Assembly: GCA_963837955.1 (NCBI GenBank)
Contig: CAWIPH010000002.1
Coordinates: forward strand, 1,536,001-1,600,000
Length of the DNA: 64,000 nt
Direction of reading: 5' to 3'
Source of the DNA: an uncultured Verrucomicrobiae bacterium
GTDB lineage: Bacteria; Verrucomicrobiota; Verrucomicrobiia; Chthoniobacterales; JAFAMB01
The stretch's first letter is position 1. Every line of letters begins with the position of its first letter. The notes beneath the pieces were generated by a model. It had not been told where the DNA came from and did not search any database. It was given only the letters and a program-made list of their open reading frames with translations. A program made the translations under genes and the position numbers. Positions 37,390 to 47,874 of the stretch are shown here, in pieces.

Positions 37390-40077
37390 ATGAGCGGGCG
37401 TGGTGCGTGGATCGCGGAATTGGCGCGGAATGCCTGGCAGCGGAGCTTAGCGGAAAGGGTGATCGAAGATCTGGTCCGAGTGCGACCTGATTTTGGTTAC
37501 ATCTGCTCGCGATTCGCGGATCAAGGCTTGGCCTTAGTCAACTTTCTCTCGCTCTCCAGAATTGCGGTCGAGAAAATCATCGCTCGGCCCGATTTGCTGG
37601 ATTGGCTATCCGGCCCGGAGACTTCAGCTTCGAAACGCGGGCTTTGGCGCGGATGGAATCAGGATGCAGCCGATCCGCAACTGGCGGCGCTACTCGAATG
37701 GAAGTCACAGGAAATGTTACGAATCGCTTATCGCGAAGTATCCGGATTAGCGGGATTCATCGAGACCACACAAGATATCACCGACGTCGCCGAGCGCTGC
37801 GTCAATCGGGTTTATCAGTTCGCTTTTGATTTGCTCACCAAGAAATGGGGCACTCCCAATACGGGATTTGGGATCTTGGCGATGGGAAAGTTCGGCGGGA
37901 GGGAACTGAATTACAGCTCGGACATCGACCTGATCTTTCTCTATCACGAGGAAGGATTACTCAATCCGCGATTTAGTTACCACGAATTCTTTAGCCGCCT
38001 CAGCGAAAGGATCGTCGAGGTGTTTGCGACAAAGGGAAAACAACTTTTTCGAATCGACCTCAGGCTGCGTCCAGAGGGTTCCTCCGGCCCGCTGGTTCGC
38101 TCGCTAACCAGCGTGGAAAATTACTACGCAGGGTACGGCGAAACTTGGGAGAGGATGGCACTTTTGAAGGCGCGGGGAATATGCGGTGACGAGGAACTGC
38201 TCTATGAGTTCGAACATCGTCTTCAACCTTTCGTGTTTCCGCGCGCCGTGTCAGATGATCTTTTGACAGAAATCGCGGAGCTCAAACTTCGCATTGAGCG
38301 GGATCTCGTTGGGGCTGAAGATCTGCACCGGAACGTTAAACTGGGCTACGGCGGCATTCGGGAGATCGAGTTCATCGTTCAGACGCTGCAACTATTGCAC
38401 GGCGCCCGGCACGCTTTTCTCCAGGCACGGAGCACGTTAAAGGCGCTGGGGGCGTTGGCCGAATTGGAGATGCTCGATCAGCCGGCGGTTGAAACGTTGC
38501 GCAACGCTTACGTTTTCTTGCGCGCGGTCGAGCATCGTTTACAGATCGTGGATGAGCGCCAAACTCACACATTGCCGGCGAGTCATGACGATCAGTTTTT
38601 GATTGCCAAAAGTCTCGGGTTTGAGTCGGTGGAAGCGTTCGATCAAAAGCTCGGAGAACAGACCGAGGCAGTGCGTCAGGTTTTTGATCAGCTGTTGCAA
38701 ACCAGAGGTTCTCAAGGCGAGGGAACAAAGAGGGCCGACTTCTTCGAACGACCTGACGTCGCCCAAAAAACGCTCGATCGACTACGCGAAGGACCCTCCC
38801 AAGTGCATGTCTCCGCTCGTACCCGCCGGTTGTGTGCGAAGCTTGAGCCCGAGTTGATTGGCCGGCTGAGGAAGACGGCTGATCCTGATGCAGTTCTCAG
38901 CCGCTTTGTGCGCTTCGTCGATGGATACGGTATCCGCGGATTACTTTTTGAAACTTTGTTGACTAATCCGCGTTTACTTGAGCTGTTGGTCCGATTGTTT
39001 GACTCAAGTGCCGCTTTTAGCGAACTGGCGATTCATCGGCCTGAGCTGGTCGAAGAGATTGCCCGGGGCCGATCGCTCGGCGAACTACAAAGCCGCCAAA
39101 GTTTTCTGTCGAATCTGCAGACGAATCCGACCGGGTTGCCGCCTCTCACGTGGGTCCGCGATTTTCAGCGTGCGGAAATGTTGCGGGTCTTGCTTCGAGA
39201 CGTCCTGGGCCTTGCCCAGCTATCCCAGCTCCAGGATGAAGTAACAAATCTTGCGGAAGCATGCGTCGCCTTTTGCCAGAGTGTTATTCCGGGCGCACAA
39301 GATTTGACGATCATTACGTTGGGCAAGTTTGGTGGACGAGAGTTGCTCTACGGCGCGGACCTCGATCTGGTATTTATCGGTGGCGAGCCCGGCCCGGCCG
39401 AGGCCCTGATTGCGGCGCTAAGTGTAAGTACGGAATGGGGCCGGGTATTTCCGATTGATACGCGATTACGCCCTGAAGGTGAATCGAGCCCGCTCGTGGT
39501 CACTTTGGAGCGTTATGAGTCTTATTTTCGGGAACGAGCTCAAAACTGGGAGAAGCAAGCGCTTACGAAAGCGCGGGTTTTGAGTGGGCCGGAGGCTGCG
39601 ACGGCGGAACGCATCGTTGATGACTCTTGGAATTTGCTACGAAACGATCCGAAATGGCGTTCCGATCTTGGTTCCATGTACGAGCGGATTGTTCGGGAAC
39701 GAGGTAAACACGATGCGGATCTGGTCGCTTTTAAGGCTGGACGAGGAGGATTGATCGCCATCGAGTTTATTGTCCAGTATCTGGAGATTGAGCAGGGGAA
39801 ACGCGAGCCGAACACCCTCGATGCATTCTCGGCTATAGCTGAGCAGTTGACCCAAACCGAAGCGGCGGACCTCACCCAGGATTATCTTTTCTTTCGTAAA
39901 GTGGAATCGGTGCTTCGGCGGATGGAAAATAGTTCTGTCTCGCAATTGCCATCAAGTATACCCGACCAGGAAAAAATCGCGCACCGCCTCGGTTTTGCTG
40001 ACCGTAGCGCAATGATCGAAGACCAACGGCAGCGGCGCCAACGAGTAGAATCGATCTTTCAGAGAATTGTACGGTAG
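37390..40077 (+). CDS. glnE: bifunctional glutamine synthetase adenylyltransferase/adenylyl-removing enzyme
   Basis: Two NT domains: MGKFGGRELNYSSDIDLIF/DLRLRPEG and LGKFGGRELLYGADLDLVF/DTRLRPEG; VKLGYGGIREIEF. Confidence 0.95.
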   Translation: MSGRGAWIAELARNAWQRSLAERVIEDLVRVRPDFGYICSRFADQGLALVNFLSLSRIAVEKIIARPDLLDWLSGPETSASKRGLWRGWNQDAADPQLAALLEWKSQEMLRIAYREVSGLAGFIETTQDITDVAERCVNRVYQFAFDLLTKKWGTPNTGFGILAMGKFGGRELNYSSDIDLIFLYHEEGLLNPRFSYHEFFSRLSERIVEVFATKGKQLFRIDLRLRPEGSSGPLVRSLTSVENYYAGYGETWERMALLKARGICGDEELLYEFEHRLQPFVFPRAVSDDLLTEIAELKLRIERDLVGAEDLHRNVKLGYGGIREIEFIVQTLQLLHGARHAFLQARSTLKALGALAELEMLDQPAVETLRNAYVFLRAVEHRLQIVDERQTHTLPASHDDQFLIAKSLGFESVEAFDQKLGEQTEAVRQVFDQLLQTRGSQGEGTKRADFFERPDVAQKTLDRLREGPSQVHVSARTRRLCAKLEPELIGRLRKTADPDAVLSRFVRFVDGYGIRGLLFETLLTNPRLLELLVRLFDSSAAFSELAIHRPELVEEIARGRSLGELQSRQSFLSNLQTNPTGLPPLTWVRDFQRAEMLRVLLRDVLGLAQLSQLQDEVTNLAEACVAFCQSVIPGAQDLTIITLGKFGGRELLYGADLDLVFIGGEPGPAEALIAALSVSTEWGRVFPIDTRLRPEGESSPLVVTLERYESYFRERAQNWEKQALTKARVLSGPEAATAERIVDDSWNLLRNDPKWRSDLGSMYERIVRERGKHDADLVAFKAGRGGLIAIEFIVQYLEIEQGKREPNTLDAFSAIAEQLTQTEAADLTQDYLFFRKVESVLRRMENSSVSQLPSSIPDQEKIAHRLGFADRSAMIEDQRQRRQRVESIFQRIVR

Positions 40078-40241
40078 CCTGATGCTCCAGCCTCAGGAAC
40101 CCAGGGCGTTGCAGCGATGGTGAGAGGTCAGAAGTGATTAGTGAATGGTTCGATGCCTATCGGCAAATCTCGCATCACCCAATCATAAATCACCAATCTC
40201 AAATCACCGGCATGCACCCTGAGGCTGGAGCATCAGGCTAC
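40074..40241. repeat. REP doublet (REPIN)
   Basis: GTAGCCTGATGCTCCAGCCTCAGG overlapping the glnE stop; exact reverse complement at 40218-40241. Confidence 0.88.
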
Positions 40242-40281
40242 TATCTGCTATCTGCTATTTCTTCCTCCGCTATTTCTTCCT

Positions 40282-43080
40282 GTGAACGTCTCCATCCAAC
40301 TCTTCAGCCATGTCGATGACGCTTGGGAAGACGATGTGCGTGCCTGGCTCGACGCGGGCACCAAAGCCGCCCTCTCAGGCCAAAAGGTTTGGATGGTCTG
40401 CCGATCTTTTCTGCAGGCGAATTGGCTACGCCGGCGTTCTCTGGAAGAACGAAAGCCTATCGTCGGTGTTCGATTCCTCGATTTGCGAAGGATGCGTCGT
40501 GAACTCTGTCTCCGGGCAGGATTGCCTACCCCTTCATTCGGACGCGAGACGTTAAGCCTATTGTTGCGAGCCAGGATGGGAGACGCAGAAGCCTCGTCCG
40601 CATTTGCCGGACAAGTTTTAGACGCATTGGACGATCTGGCTGCTTGTGGATGGCTGGATCGTTTCGGGGCCGGCGCTGCTCTCGATCTGCTCGATATCCC
40701 GCGGGAACTCCGCGTCCCGGTTGAACAAATTATTGGTTCATTATTCTGGCGACCCAGAGTGGACCGGGCCCTCGTTGAAGCCGCCATCAAAATACCCGGG
40801 CTACGAATCGGCTTTTTCGGCCTTGATGCTCGGTCCCTTAATCAACAGGAATTGCTCACGGCAGCGGTTAGTGCGGCCGAGGACGCACGTTTTTGGTTGG
40901 CTCAACCGTTCGTGAGTGAGGACATCTTCATGCAATGGGTTGGACGATTAGAGTCTCGCTTAGGCGGTGTGGTAACCGTAACTCCTAGCGAAGGTGAATC
41001 CAGGCCGTACGAAGATTTAGTTGGCAAGTTTCTCTATGCTTCCGGGCCATCGGTGAATATGGCGCGGCTCGTTCGAGCGGAACGATGGTCCGATCAAATC
41101 CGCGCTGTGGTGGCGATCGTCCAGAATCAGTTTGAACGTGGAAGCCGGAATGTTGCGGTCATGGTACCGGAGGGGTCTCCGACCGGACCAGCCGTTGTGG
41201 AAGCATTAACCTCGGCGGGAATCGCAGTAGCAGATGAGTTCCGATCCAACGCGATGCTGGGCCCTCCAGAAAGAGTTCACCGTTGGTTGGCCGAATGGAT
41301 AGGAGGGGCGCAGACTCCCGAGAAGTTGCTTGAGTTTTTCGGTCTTCTCAGCCGGAGTCCGGAAAGTTTTGCCAGGTTTCGGGAATATTTATTTGATCAA
41401 TTCGATCGTCGCCAAAGTCGATCGATCACCGCGCTTTTGTCTTCCGAGTCTCGTTACCCATGGGTTCAAGACCTGCTTAGCATCGGACTAGATTGGCCGG
41501 AGTCCGGTTCCTGGAAACATCTCGAAGCGAAATGGCAAAAAACCATTTTGCTGTTCGAAGAGTTCCTGCTTAGCCATGGAAGCGCTCTGCGAACGGTAAC
41601 GATCTCGCTGGAATCTCTGCAACCGAATTGGGACGAAATCCGGAACGCTTTGGGAGATCTAATGCTCTCGTCCAAAGTTTTTCTTCGATTCGTTGCTGAC
41701 TCACTGGCAAACCCTAACCGCGCCGGACACCCCGAAGCTTCTCATCGTTACGCGCCAGTGGTTGTAAGTACGCCGGAGCAATTGCATGCGACCAGCTGGG
41801 ATTCAGTGATCCTGACCGATGGCGTAGGTGATCTGTGGACGAAGCTAACGAGCCGGGATTCTCTGTTGGTACAAGAATTCCGAAGATCCGCTCGACAGCA
41901 AGGTCTCCTATTAGTGAGCCTGCAGGAGGAATCTCTTCTGCGGGAGGACTCGATTCTCCAACTGCTCCTGCACGCACGCCGGTCTGCGACTATCTGTTTT
42001 TACCGTAAAGAGGAAAATGGTGAGGAGGTCGATGCGAATCGGGTCGTTACGTTCCTCGAGCGCGGTCTTCATGCGGAAGTGGAGGCGTTTGTGGCCGCTC
42101 CAATCGTCTACCCGAATGATTTTGAGCAACTGCGGGAGATTCGCGAATCGCGGTGCAATCCGGAGCATGCCTTTGACGAATATCTGTTGAATTTCAGCTC
42201 GCTCGAACTCAATCCAACGGCTTGGTCCGCTTCTCAACTTCAGAGCGCGATTGCTGCCTCCGGCACTTTTGCCTTTCGGGTTTTGTTTAGGCTCGAACGG
42301 AATTGGGATCTCGGATTTGAGCGAGACGAGCGCAAGACTCTGGGAATCCTAGTCCATCGGCTGCTCGGCCACATTCTGAGAAACCCATTTGGAGATTTGT
42401 TCGAGAACGGCCTGACCGATTTGCGGGAAAGTCGGGACTTGAGAGAGAGCCGCGGTCCCGACGCGCATCGTCATATCAAAAGACTTGTTCGGGAACTGGA
42501 TTTTCCGAAAGACGATCTCTGGTGGCAATCGATGATCGATAAAGCGGTTTTCTTCGCGGAACGATTGTTGGGCGAGATCGGTCCTTGGCTGGAAAAGTTC
42601 CCATACGGATCTTCGGAGCATTCGACGGGAGAGATGAGCGTAGGCGAGCCGAAGATTTGGTTGAAAGGAAGATTGGATCTTTTGTTAGCTGCCGCTAACA
42701 CTGTGCCAGGAGCGGAGATCACAATTATTGATTTCAAGACCGCCGGATCCCCGCGCCTGATTAAAGCCGATACGGGTGAAGGTTTTCAGTTTGTGGCCTA
42801 TCGTCTGCTCGCCGAAGAAATGGGTGCGATCTTCTGCAATCAGATCGCCGTCCTCCCGACCGGATCCAAGGATCTAGGGGCAGTAAAGCAACCCGAAGAA
42901 ATTGAAAGGAAGTTGGCCGAACTGGCCTGGATGCAGAGGCGAACTTGTTTTGGGCACGCGCCACTTTTGCGCGGAGAATTCGGCATTCGTGAGAATCTGC
43001 CGATTGCGACATTGGCTATTCCAGCCTGGATCCTTCGGAAGAAGCGCGCGTTAACCCTCAAGCAAGGTGGGGTCGGTTGA
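40282..43080 (+). CDS. AddB-like protein with C-terminal PD-(D/E)XK nuclease
   Basis: WSASQL, G..VHR.L, LKGRLDL, IIDFKT, Q...Y; degenerate helicase-like N-part; directly upstream of the AddA-like gene. Confidence 0.78.
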   Translation: MNVSIQLFSHVDDAWEDDVRAWLDAGTKAALSGQKVWMVCRSFLQANWLRRRSLEERKPIVGVRFLDLRRMRRELCLRAGLPTPSFGRETLSLLLRARMGDAEASSAFAGQVLDALDDLAACGWLDRFGAGAALDLLDIPRELRVPVEQIIGSLFWRPRVDRALVEAAIKIPGLRIGFFGLDARSLNQQELLTAAVSAAEDARFWLAQPFVSEDIFMQWVGRLESRLGGVVTVTPSEGESRPYEDLVGKFLYASGPSVNMARLVRAERWSDQIRAVVAIVQNQFERGSRNVAVMVPEGSPTGPAVVEALTSAGIAVADEFRSNAMLGPPERVHRWLAEWIGGAQTPEKLLEFFGLLSRSPESFARFREYLFDQFDRRQSRSITALLSSESRYPWVQDLLSIGLDWPESGSWKHLEAKWQKTILLFEEFLLSHGSALRTVTISLESLQPNWDEIRNALGDLMLSSKVFLRFVADSLANPNRAGHPEASHRYAPVVVSTPEQLHATSWDSVILTDGVGDLWTKLTSRDSLLVQEFRRSARQQGLLLVSLQEESLLREDSILQLLLHARRSATICFYRKEENGEEVDANRVVTFLERGLHAEVEAFVAAPIVYPNDFEQLREIRESRCNPEHAFDEYLLNFSSLELNPTAWSASQLQSAIAASGTFAFRVLFRLERNWDLGFERDERKTLGILVHRLLGHILRNPFGDLFENGLTDLRESRDLRESRGPDAHRHIKRLVRELDFPKDDLWWQSMIDKAVFFAERLLGEIGPWLEKFPYGSSEHSTGEMSVGEPKIWLKGRLDLLLAAANTVPGAEITIIDFKTAGSPRLIKADTGEGFQFVAYRLLAEEMGAIFCNQIAVLPTGSKDLGAVKQPEEIERKLAELAWMQRRTCFGHAPLLRGEFGIRENLPIATLAIPAWILRKKRALTLKQGGVG

Positions 43081-43083
43081 TCG

Positions 43084-43107
43084 GTAGGGTCGAGCTCCCG
43101 CTCGACC
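43084..43107 (+). repeat. single GTAG-type REP
   Basis: GTAG-GGTCGAGC-TCCC-GCTCGACC; variants at 12863-12886, 22187-22210, 48242-48265, 48279-48300. Confidence 0.8.
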
Positions 43108-43147
43108 TCTTTCCACAAAAATGCAAAACCCTGAGCTCTAAAAATCC

Positions 43148-46054
43148 ATGGACGAAGCAGCCAGGAATCTTTTCCGTACCGCGTTAGATCAGAATTATTG
43201 TGTGGTTGCTGGTGCCGGATCCGGCAAAACCACCGCGATCGTCGAGCGAATCTGTGAACTGGCTACTCGGGATCCCGGTGCCTTGCGACGCTTGGTTGTT
43301 GTTACTTATACGAATAGTTCGGCACTCGAGTTTAAGAGCCGAGCCAGGCAACGACTACTTGATACGGTATCGGAAACGGAGGCCCTCATTTATCTGCGCG
43401 CGCTGGAGCAAGCATATTTCGGAACGATCCACGGGTTCTGCCTGAACTTGATCCGCGAATTCAGAAGCCGGCTCAGACTTCCCGAACAATTGCGAGTGCC
43501 ATCTGACGCGGAGCGCACCCTGCTTTGGGAAGTTTTTGTCGCCGATTCGCCAGAGCTTATTCAACTAGCAAAACACCCGGTAACTCGCTCGCTTCTCCGC
43601 GTTTGTACCCTATCAGATCTCTTGGACGTCTCGAAACGATTTCGTCCAAGCACGACGGTGGATCCGCCAACCCGGCGGATGCCTCTGCCCAATTTAACCA
43701 GGATCAGCTCCATTGCGGTTTCGAAACAGTCCAGGAAGAAGAAACAAACCACGATCGAGGGTTTGGAGGCCTTTATAAAAAGATGGTCGAGTGGTTCAGG
43801 CTTCAGCTCGTTGCCCAGATGCGAGACATCCAGGTTAAAAGATGCATTTGAGACCCAAATGGCGCCTGTGGCTGCCTGGCTCGAGGAAGGCGCCGAATGG
43901 TTTGCGGATCGACTGGCCAGAAGCTTCCGCACCTGGTGCATACAGCAAGGTGTCCTTTCTTACTCCGATCAAATTGATGTTTGCGTTGAACTCTTAAAGC
44001 AGCCGGATCTTCTCGACCAAGTGCGCCGCCGTGAATTGATCGTTGTAGTCGACGAAGCACAAGACACCGACGCGCGGATGTTTCAGGTATTTATCGAACT
44101 CACCCGCCCTCCGGGCGAACTCTTTGGCGATTGGCCGGGACCCGGGAAGCCGCCAATTCCGGGTCGGTTTTGTCTAGTCGGCGATCCGCGGCAAACGATC
44201 TACGAACGGAGTAAAACGGGCAGGTTCGCTGAACTCGCTGAGCAATTCGCCTCGGAAAACCAACTGATTCGATTCAATGTGACGTATCGGTGTGCAGGAA
44301 ACGTCGTCCAACGGATTAACGAACTTTTTGGATCGGAGGCCGTGGAAGGCATTCCCTTTGACGACTTAGCGGCGCGTCCCGACGCGCGAGAAGGATTGGT
44401 AGCTAAGTTGCCGTTCACAGTGGACGAGCACGTGGAGAGCGAAGACGAAATCGAGCCGCTGGTTGCCGAGTCTGAGGCCGTCGCAAAATGGCTCTCTCAA
44501 TTTCGTCCTTCCGATCTGAACCTGAGTTCGTGGAGTGATATCGCCATCGTCGCGCCGCGGCACGAGTGGCTCATCATCAGCGGTGATGCGCTGAAGAAAT
44601 TCGGCGTGCCGTATAGTTTCTTCAGACCCAAAATCTCACGGTCAGGAATCGCTGCCTTTGCCTGGCCCGTCTCGTTGATTTATACGCTCGTTTATCCCTG
44701 GGATAGATTCGAACGGAACGGCGTGCTTAGAGAGTTTTTTGGCTTGGCCGACACTGACCTGTTTCTCGCTCAGAAAGGGAATAGCGGAAAACTCTATCGC
44801 GAAGTCGCAGAACTGTTGGAGACGGCCCGCCACGAATTCATTTCCGGCAAGCGTCGATCGTTGCTCTACTTTTTTGATCGATTGGTGGAACGGTTTCGAT
44901 TGAGGGAACGACTAGTTGCGGTAGCCGAGGATATCAGCGGGCTCGATCAGCTCCGCTGGGAAGCTGCCAAAGCGGACGAACGTGGTATGGACCTGGAAGC
45001 ATGGTTGGCAGAGCTGCTTTCGTGGTTGCAAGACTCTGCTCAACCGTCAAAATCACCCGCTCAAGGAGTGGAATTAATTACGACCCATTCGGCGAAGGGC
45101 TTGGAATGGGAGTGGGTGATCCCGATCGGATTCAGAAAAAGATTCTCACATCGTAACGAACGGTATCCACGGGTTCAAAGTGACGAGAACTGCCACGTTG
45201 TCTGGTCCAATATTAGCCGGCGAGCAGTACGCGATGAAGAAGCGAGGAAAATCCATATCAAGCGGCTTCTTTACGTCACCCTAACGCGAGCTAAGACCGG
45301 ATTAATCCTTCCGACACCCGAAGGGGCCTATAACGCCGGGAGACAGGGAATCGCGTATAACGAAGTTATTTCCCAGAATCGCGTAGATCTGCCTACAGCC
45401 GATGAGGCGATCCGATCATTCAAAGCGGAGCCTGATGAAGAGCGCAGGCCGAGCGAGATAGTGCAACGAATCTTCCCCACTACCGAAGGGGTTTCGTCTA
45501 TACCGCAGCCGCCGCGTTTGGTACGCCCTCATCAGCTGGCGGATGATTCGCCGGTTTTGCATCTCCAGTTTGCGGAAGCGGCGGGATCGTACGACTACGG
45601 AAAATGGTGGCATTCCTGGGTTGAGTTATTCCCGTGGGGCCAAGATGCCGAGCAATGGAAAAGTTATAGTAACAGCGCGACGCCGCCGATTTCCTATCGT
45701 GAACGCGCCGGAAAAGAGACCGGCGCGCTCCTAGCCAGTGAAGAGCTGCGCCGGTTGTGCCGAGGTGCGATTTGGTTCCAATCCGAGTTTCCATTTTCGT
45801 GGCCAAAGACAGCCGGGGATTGGTACGAAGGAGTGATCGATCTCCTGATCGGGATGGCGGACGGAACAATCTATATAATCGATTGGAAGACAAACCAAGC
45901 CGCGTTGAACGAATCGGCCGAACAGCTAGCAGAACACCTCCGTCAACAATATCTCCCGCAACTCGAAAGCTATCGAGAAGCACTCCAAAGCATGATGGAG
46001 GACAGAAAAATCGAGATCGCTATTTACTCCACGGTTCTGGGGCGATTTGTTTAG
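43148..46054 (+). CDS. AddA-like UvrD helicase with RecB-type nuclease domain
   Basis: AGAGSGKTT, TIHGFC, VVDEAQD, VGDPRQTIY, THSAKGLEW, LLYVTLTRA, EGVIDLL..IIDWKT..QLESY. Confidence 0.9.
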   Translation: MDEAARNLFRTALDQNYCVVAGAGSGKTTAIVERICELATRDPGALRRLVVVTYTNSSALEFKSRARQRLLDTVSETEALIYLRALEQAYFGTIHGFCLNLIREFRSRLRLPEQLRVPSDAERTLLWEVFVADSPELIQLAKHPVTRSLLRVCTLSDLLDVSKRFRPSTTVDPPTRRMPLPNLTRISSIAVSKQSRKKKQTTIEGLEAFIKRWSSGSGFSSLPRCETSRLKDAFETQMAPVAAWLEEGAEWFADRLARSFRTWCIQQGVLSYSDQIDVCVELLKQPDLLDQVRRRELIVVVDEAQDTDARMFQVFIELTRPPGELFGDWPGPGKPPIPGRFCLVGDPRQTIYERSKTGRFAELAEQFASENQLIRFNVTYRCAGNVVQRINELFGSEAVEGIPFDDLAARPDAREGLVAKLPFTVDEHVESEDEIEPLVAESEAVAKWLSQFRPSDLNLSSWSDIAIVAPRHEWLIISGDALKKFGVPYSFFRPKISRSGIAAFAWPVSLIYTLVYPWDRFERNGVLREFFGLADTDLFLAQKGNSGKLYREVAELLETARHEFISGKRRSLLYFFDRLVERFRLRERLVAVAEDISGLDQLRWEAAKADERGMDLEAWLAELLSWLQDSAQPSKSPAQGVELITTHSAKGLEWEWVIPIGFRKRFSHRNERYPRVQSDENCHVVWSNISRRAVRDEEARKIHIKRLLYVTLTRAKTGLILPTPEGAYNAGRQGIAYNEVISQNRVDLPTADEAIRSFKAEPDEERRPSEIVQRIFPTTEGVSSIPQPPRLVRPHQLADDSPVLHLQFAEAAGSYDYGKWWHSWVELFPWGQDAEQWKSYSNSATPPISYRERAGKETGALLASEELRRLCRGAIWFQSEFPFSWPKTAGDWYEGVIDLLIGMADGTIYIIDWKTNQAALNESAEQLAEHLRQQYLPQLESYREALQSMMEDRKIEIAIYSTVLGRFV

Positions 46055-46090
46055 CGGGGGAGGGATCGCGTCCTCGCGATCCGCCGCAAA

Positions 46091-46929
46091 GTAGCCTGAT
46101 CGTCCACGCTCAGGTTCGAGCGTACGGCATTTCGGAACGCGCTCTTTCGACAGTTGGGCGCGGAATTGGATGGCAGCCGTGAACCGGCTCAAATAAATTT
46201 TCGCCCACCGACGCTGGGCGGGCTAGCGTTCCATCCGAGGACGATTGCCAGCGACCGTTTCCGACGCAGCTAATAGACTAACTTTGTCATCTGTCATTTG
46301 TCATTCATTCGAGCCTAGAGGGCGAGAATGGGGTAGCCTGATCGTCCACGCTCAGGTTCGAGCGTACGGCATTTCGGAGCGCGCTCTTTCGACAATTAGG
46401 CGCGGAATTGGATGGCATTGCGCTTCGGTTACTGAGGCTGGAGCATCAGTCTACTTTGCGCCGAGGACGATTGCCAGCGACCGTTTCCGACGCAGCTAAT
46501 AGACTAACTTTGTCATCTGTCATTTGTCATTCATTCGAGCCTAGGGCGAGAGTGGGGTAGCCTGATCGTCCACGCTCAGGTTCGAGCGTACGGCATTTCG
46601 GAACGCGCTCTTTCGACAGTTGGGCGCGGAATTGGATGGCAGCCGTGAACCGGCTCAAATAAATTTTCGCCCTACCGACGCTGGGCGGGGCTAGCGTTCC
46701 ATCCGAGGACGAGGACGATTCGCCAGCGACGATTTTCCGACGCAGCTAATAGACTAACTTTGTCATCTGTCATTTGTCATTCATTCGAGCCTAGGGGGAG
46801 AATGGGGTAGCCTGATCGTCCACGCTCAGGTTCGAGGCGTACGGCATTTCGGAACGCGCTCTTTCGACAGGTGGGTGCGGAATTGGATGGAATTGCGCTT
46901 CGATTACTGAGGCTGGAGCATCAGTCTAC
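46091..46929. repeat. mosaic REP array family 1, 3.5 units with alternating A/D modules
   Basis: GTAGCCTGATCGTCCACGCTCAGG at 46091, 46333, 46557, 46807; opposing REP alternates A, D, A, D. Confidence 0.92.
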
Positions 46930-46950
46930 TTTGCGTCTTTGCGTGAGATT

Positions 46951-47874
46951 TTATGGATACTGCACCCCGCGCGTCGCGACATACACGGCATACAGCGAAG
47001 TGGTGGCCGTAATGAAGATCCGATTCCTTTTTGGTCCACCAAAGGTCAGGTTCGAGACCGGCTCCGGAACCTTGATCTTGCCGAGCAAACGTCCGGAGGG
47101 AGAATAGCAATGGACGCCATCCCCGGCGCTGGACCAGACATTCCCTTGCACGTCGAGACGGATACCGTCGGGAATGCCAGGATTAACTTCGGTAAAAACT
47201 TGTCCCCCGGTCAGACTTTTGCCGTTTAGCACATCGAACACCCGAATGTGATGGGGGCCTTGCGAAGCGTGCGATGCGCCGGTGTCGACGATGTAAAGCT
47301 TTGATTCATCCGGTGAAAAAGCGAGACCGTTGGGCTTATCGAAATCGTTGGCAACCACTGCCAAAGATCCGTCGGCGGGATCAAACCGAAACACATAGGC
47401 GCCGCCGTAGGCGCTCGAATCTTGTTGACCCTCATAATCACTGAGGATTCCGTATGGCGGATCGGTAAACCAGATCGTCGAATCCGATTTTACGACGACA
47501 TCGTTGGGCGAGTTAAGCCGTTTTCCATCGAATTTGCTGACTATCTCGGTGATCTTACCATCGATTTCGGTCCGGCTTACCCGCCGAGCGAAATGTTCGC
47601 AGCTGACCAGCCTCCCCTGGCGATCGCGGGTATTTCCGTTACTGCAATTTGAAGGATACCTGAATAGGTCAACGTTGCCGTTAGCCCATCGTAACATCCG
47701 ATTGTTCGGGATATCGCTCCAGACCAGGTAATCGCCATCAGCGAAATAAACCGGTCCTTCGGCCCAGAGGGTTCCCGAATGGAGCCGTTCTACCCAGCCG
47801 TTGCCCAGAATAAGGAAGTGAAACGATTCATCGTACAACTCAAATTCATCACGAATACCGGAAGTTTTTTTCAT
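46951..47874 (-). CDS. SMP-30/gluconolactonase family protein
   Basis: WAEGPVY, SDIPNNR, NGNTRDRQGRLVSCEH, LNSPNDVVV, FTDPPYG, PNGLAFSPDE, PDGIRLD. Confidence 0.93.
   Translation of the reverse strand: MKKTSGIRDEFELYDESFHFLILGNGWVERLHSGTLWAEGPVYFADGDYLVWSDIPNNRMLRWANGNVDLFRYPSNCSNGNTRDRQGRLVSCEHFARRVSRTEIDGKITEIVSKFDGKRLNSPNDVVVKSDSTIWFTDPPYGILSDYEGQQDSSAYGGAYVFRFDPADGSLAVVANDFDKPNGLAFSPDESKLYIVDTGASHASQGPHHIRVFDVLNGKSLTGGQVFTEVNPGIPDGIRLDVQGNVWSSAGDGVHCYSPSGRLLGKIKVPEPVSNLTFGGPKRNRIFITATTSLYAVYVATRGVQYP

Noticed and set aside
40282..46054. Helicase-nuclease pair as a defence system
   Set aside because: Order, motifs and core-gene context fit housekeeping AddAB-type recombination repair.
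46091..46929. Possible CRISPR array
   Set aside because: Units are 224-250 bp, the variable parts recur (A/D) instead of being unique spacers, and no cas genes are present.
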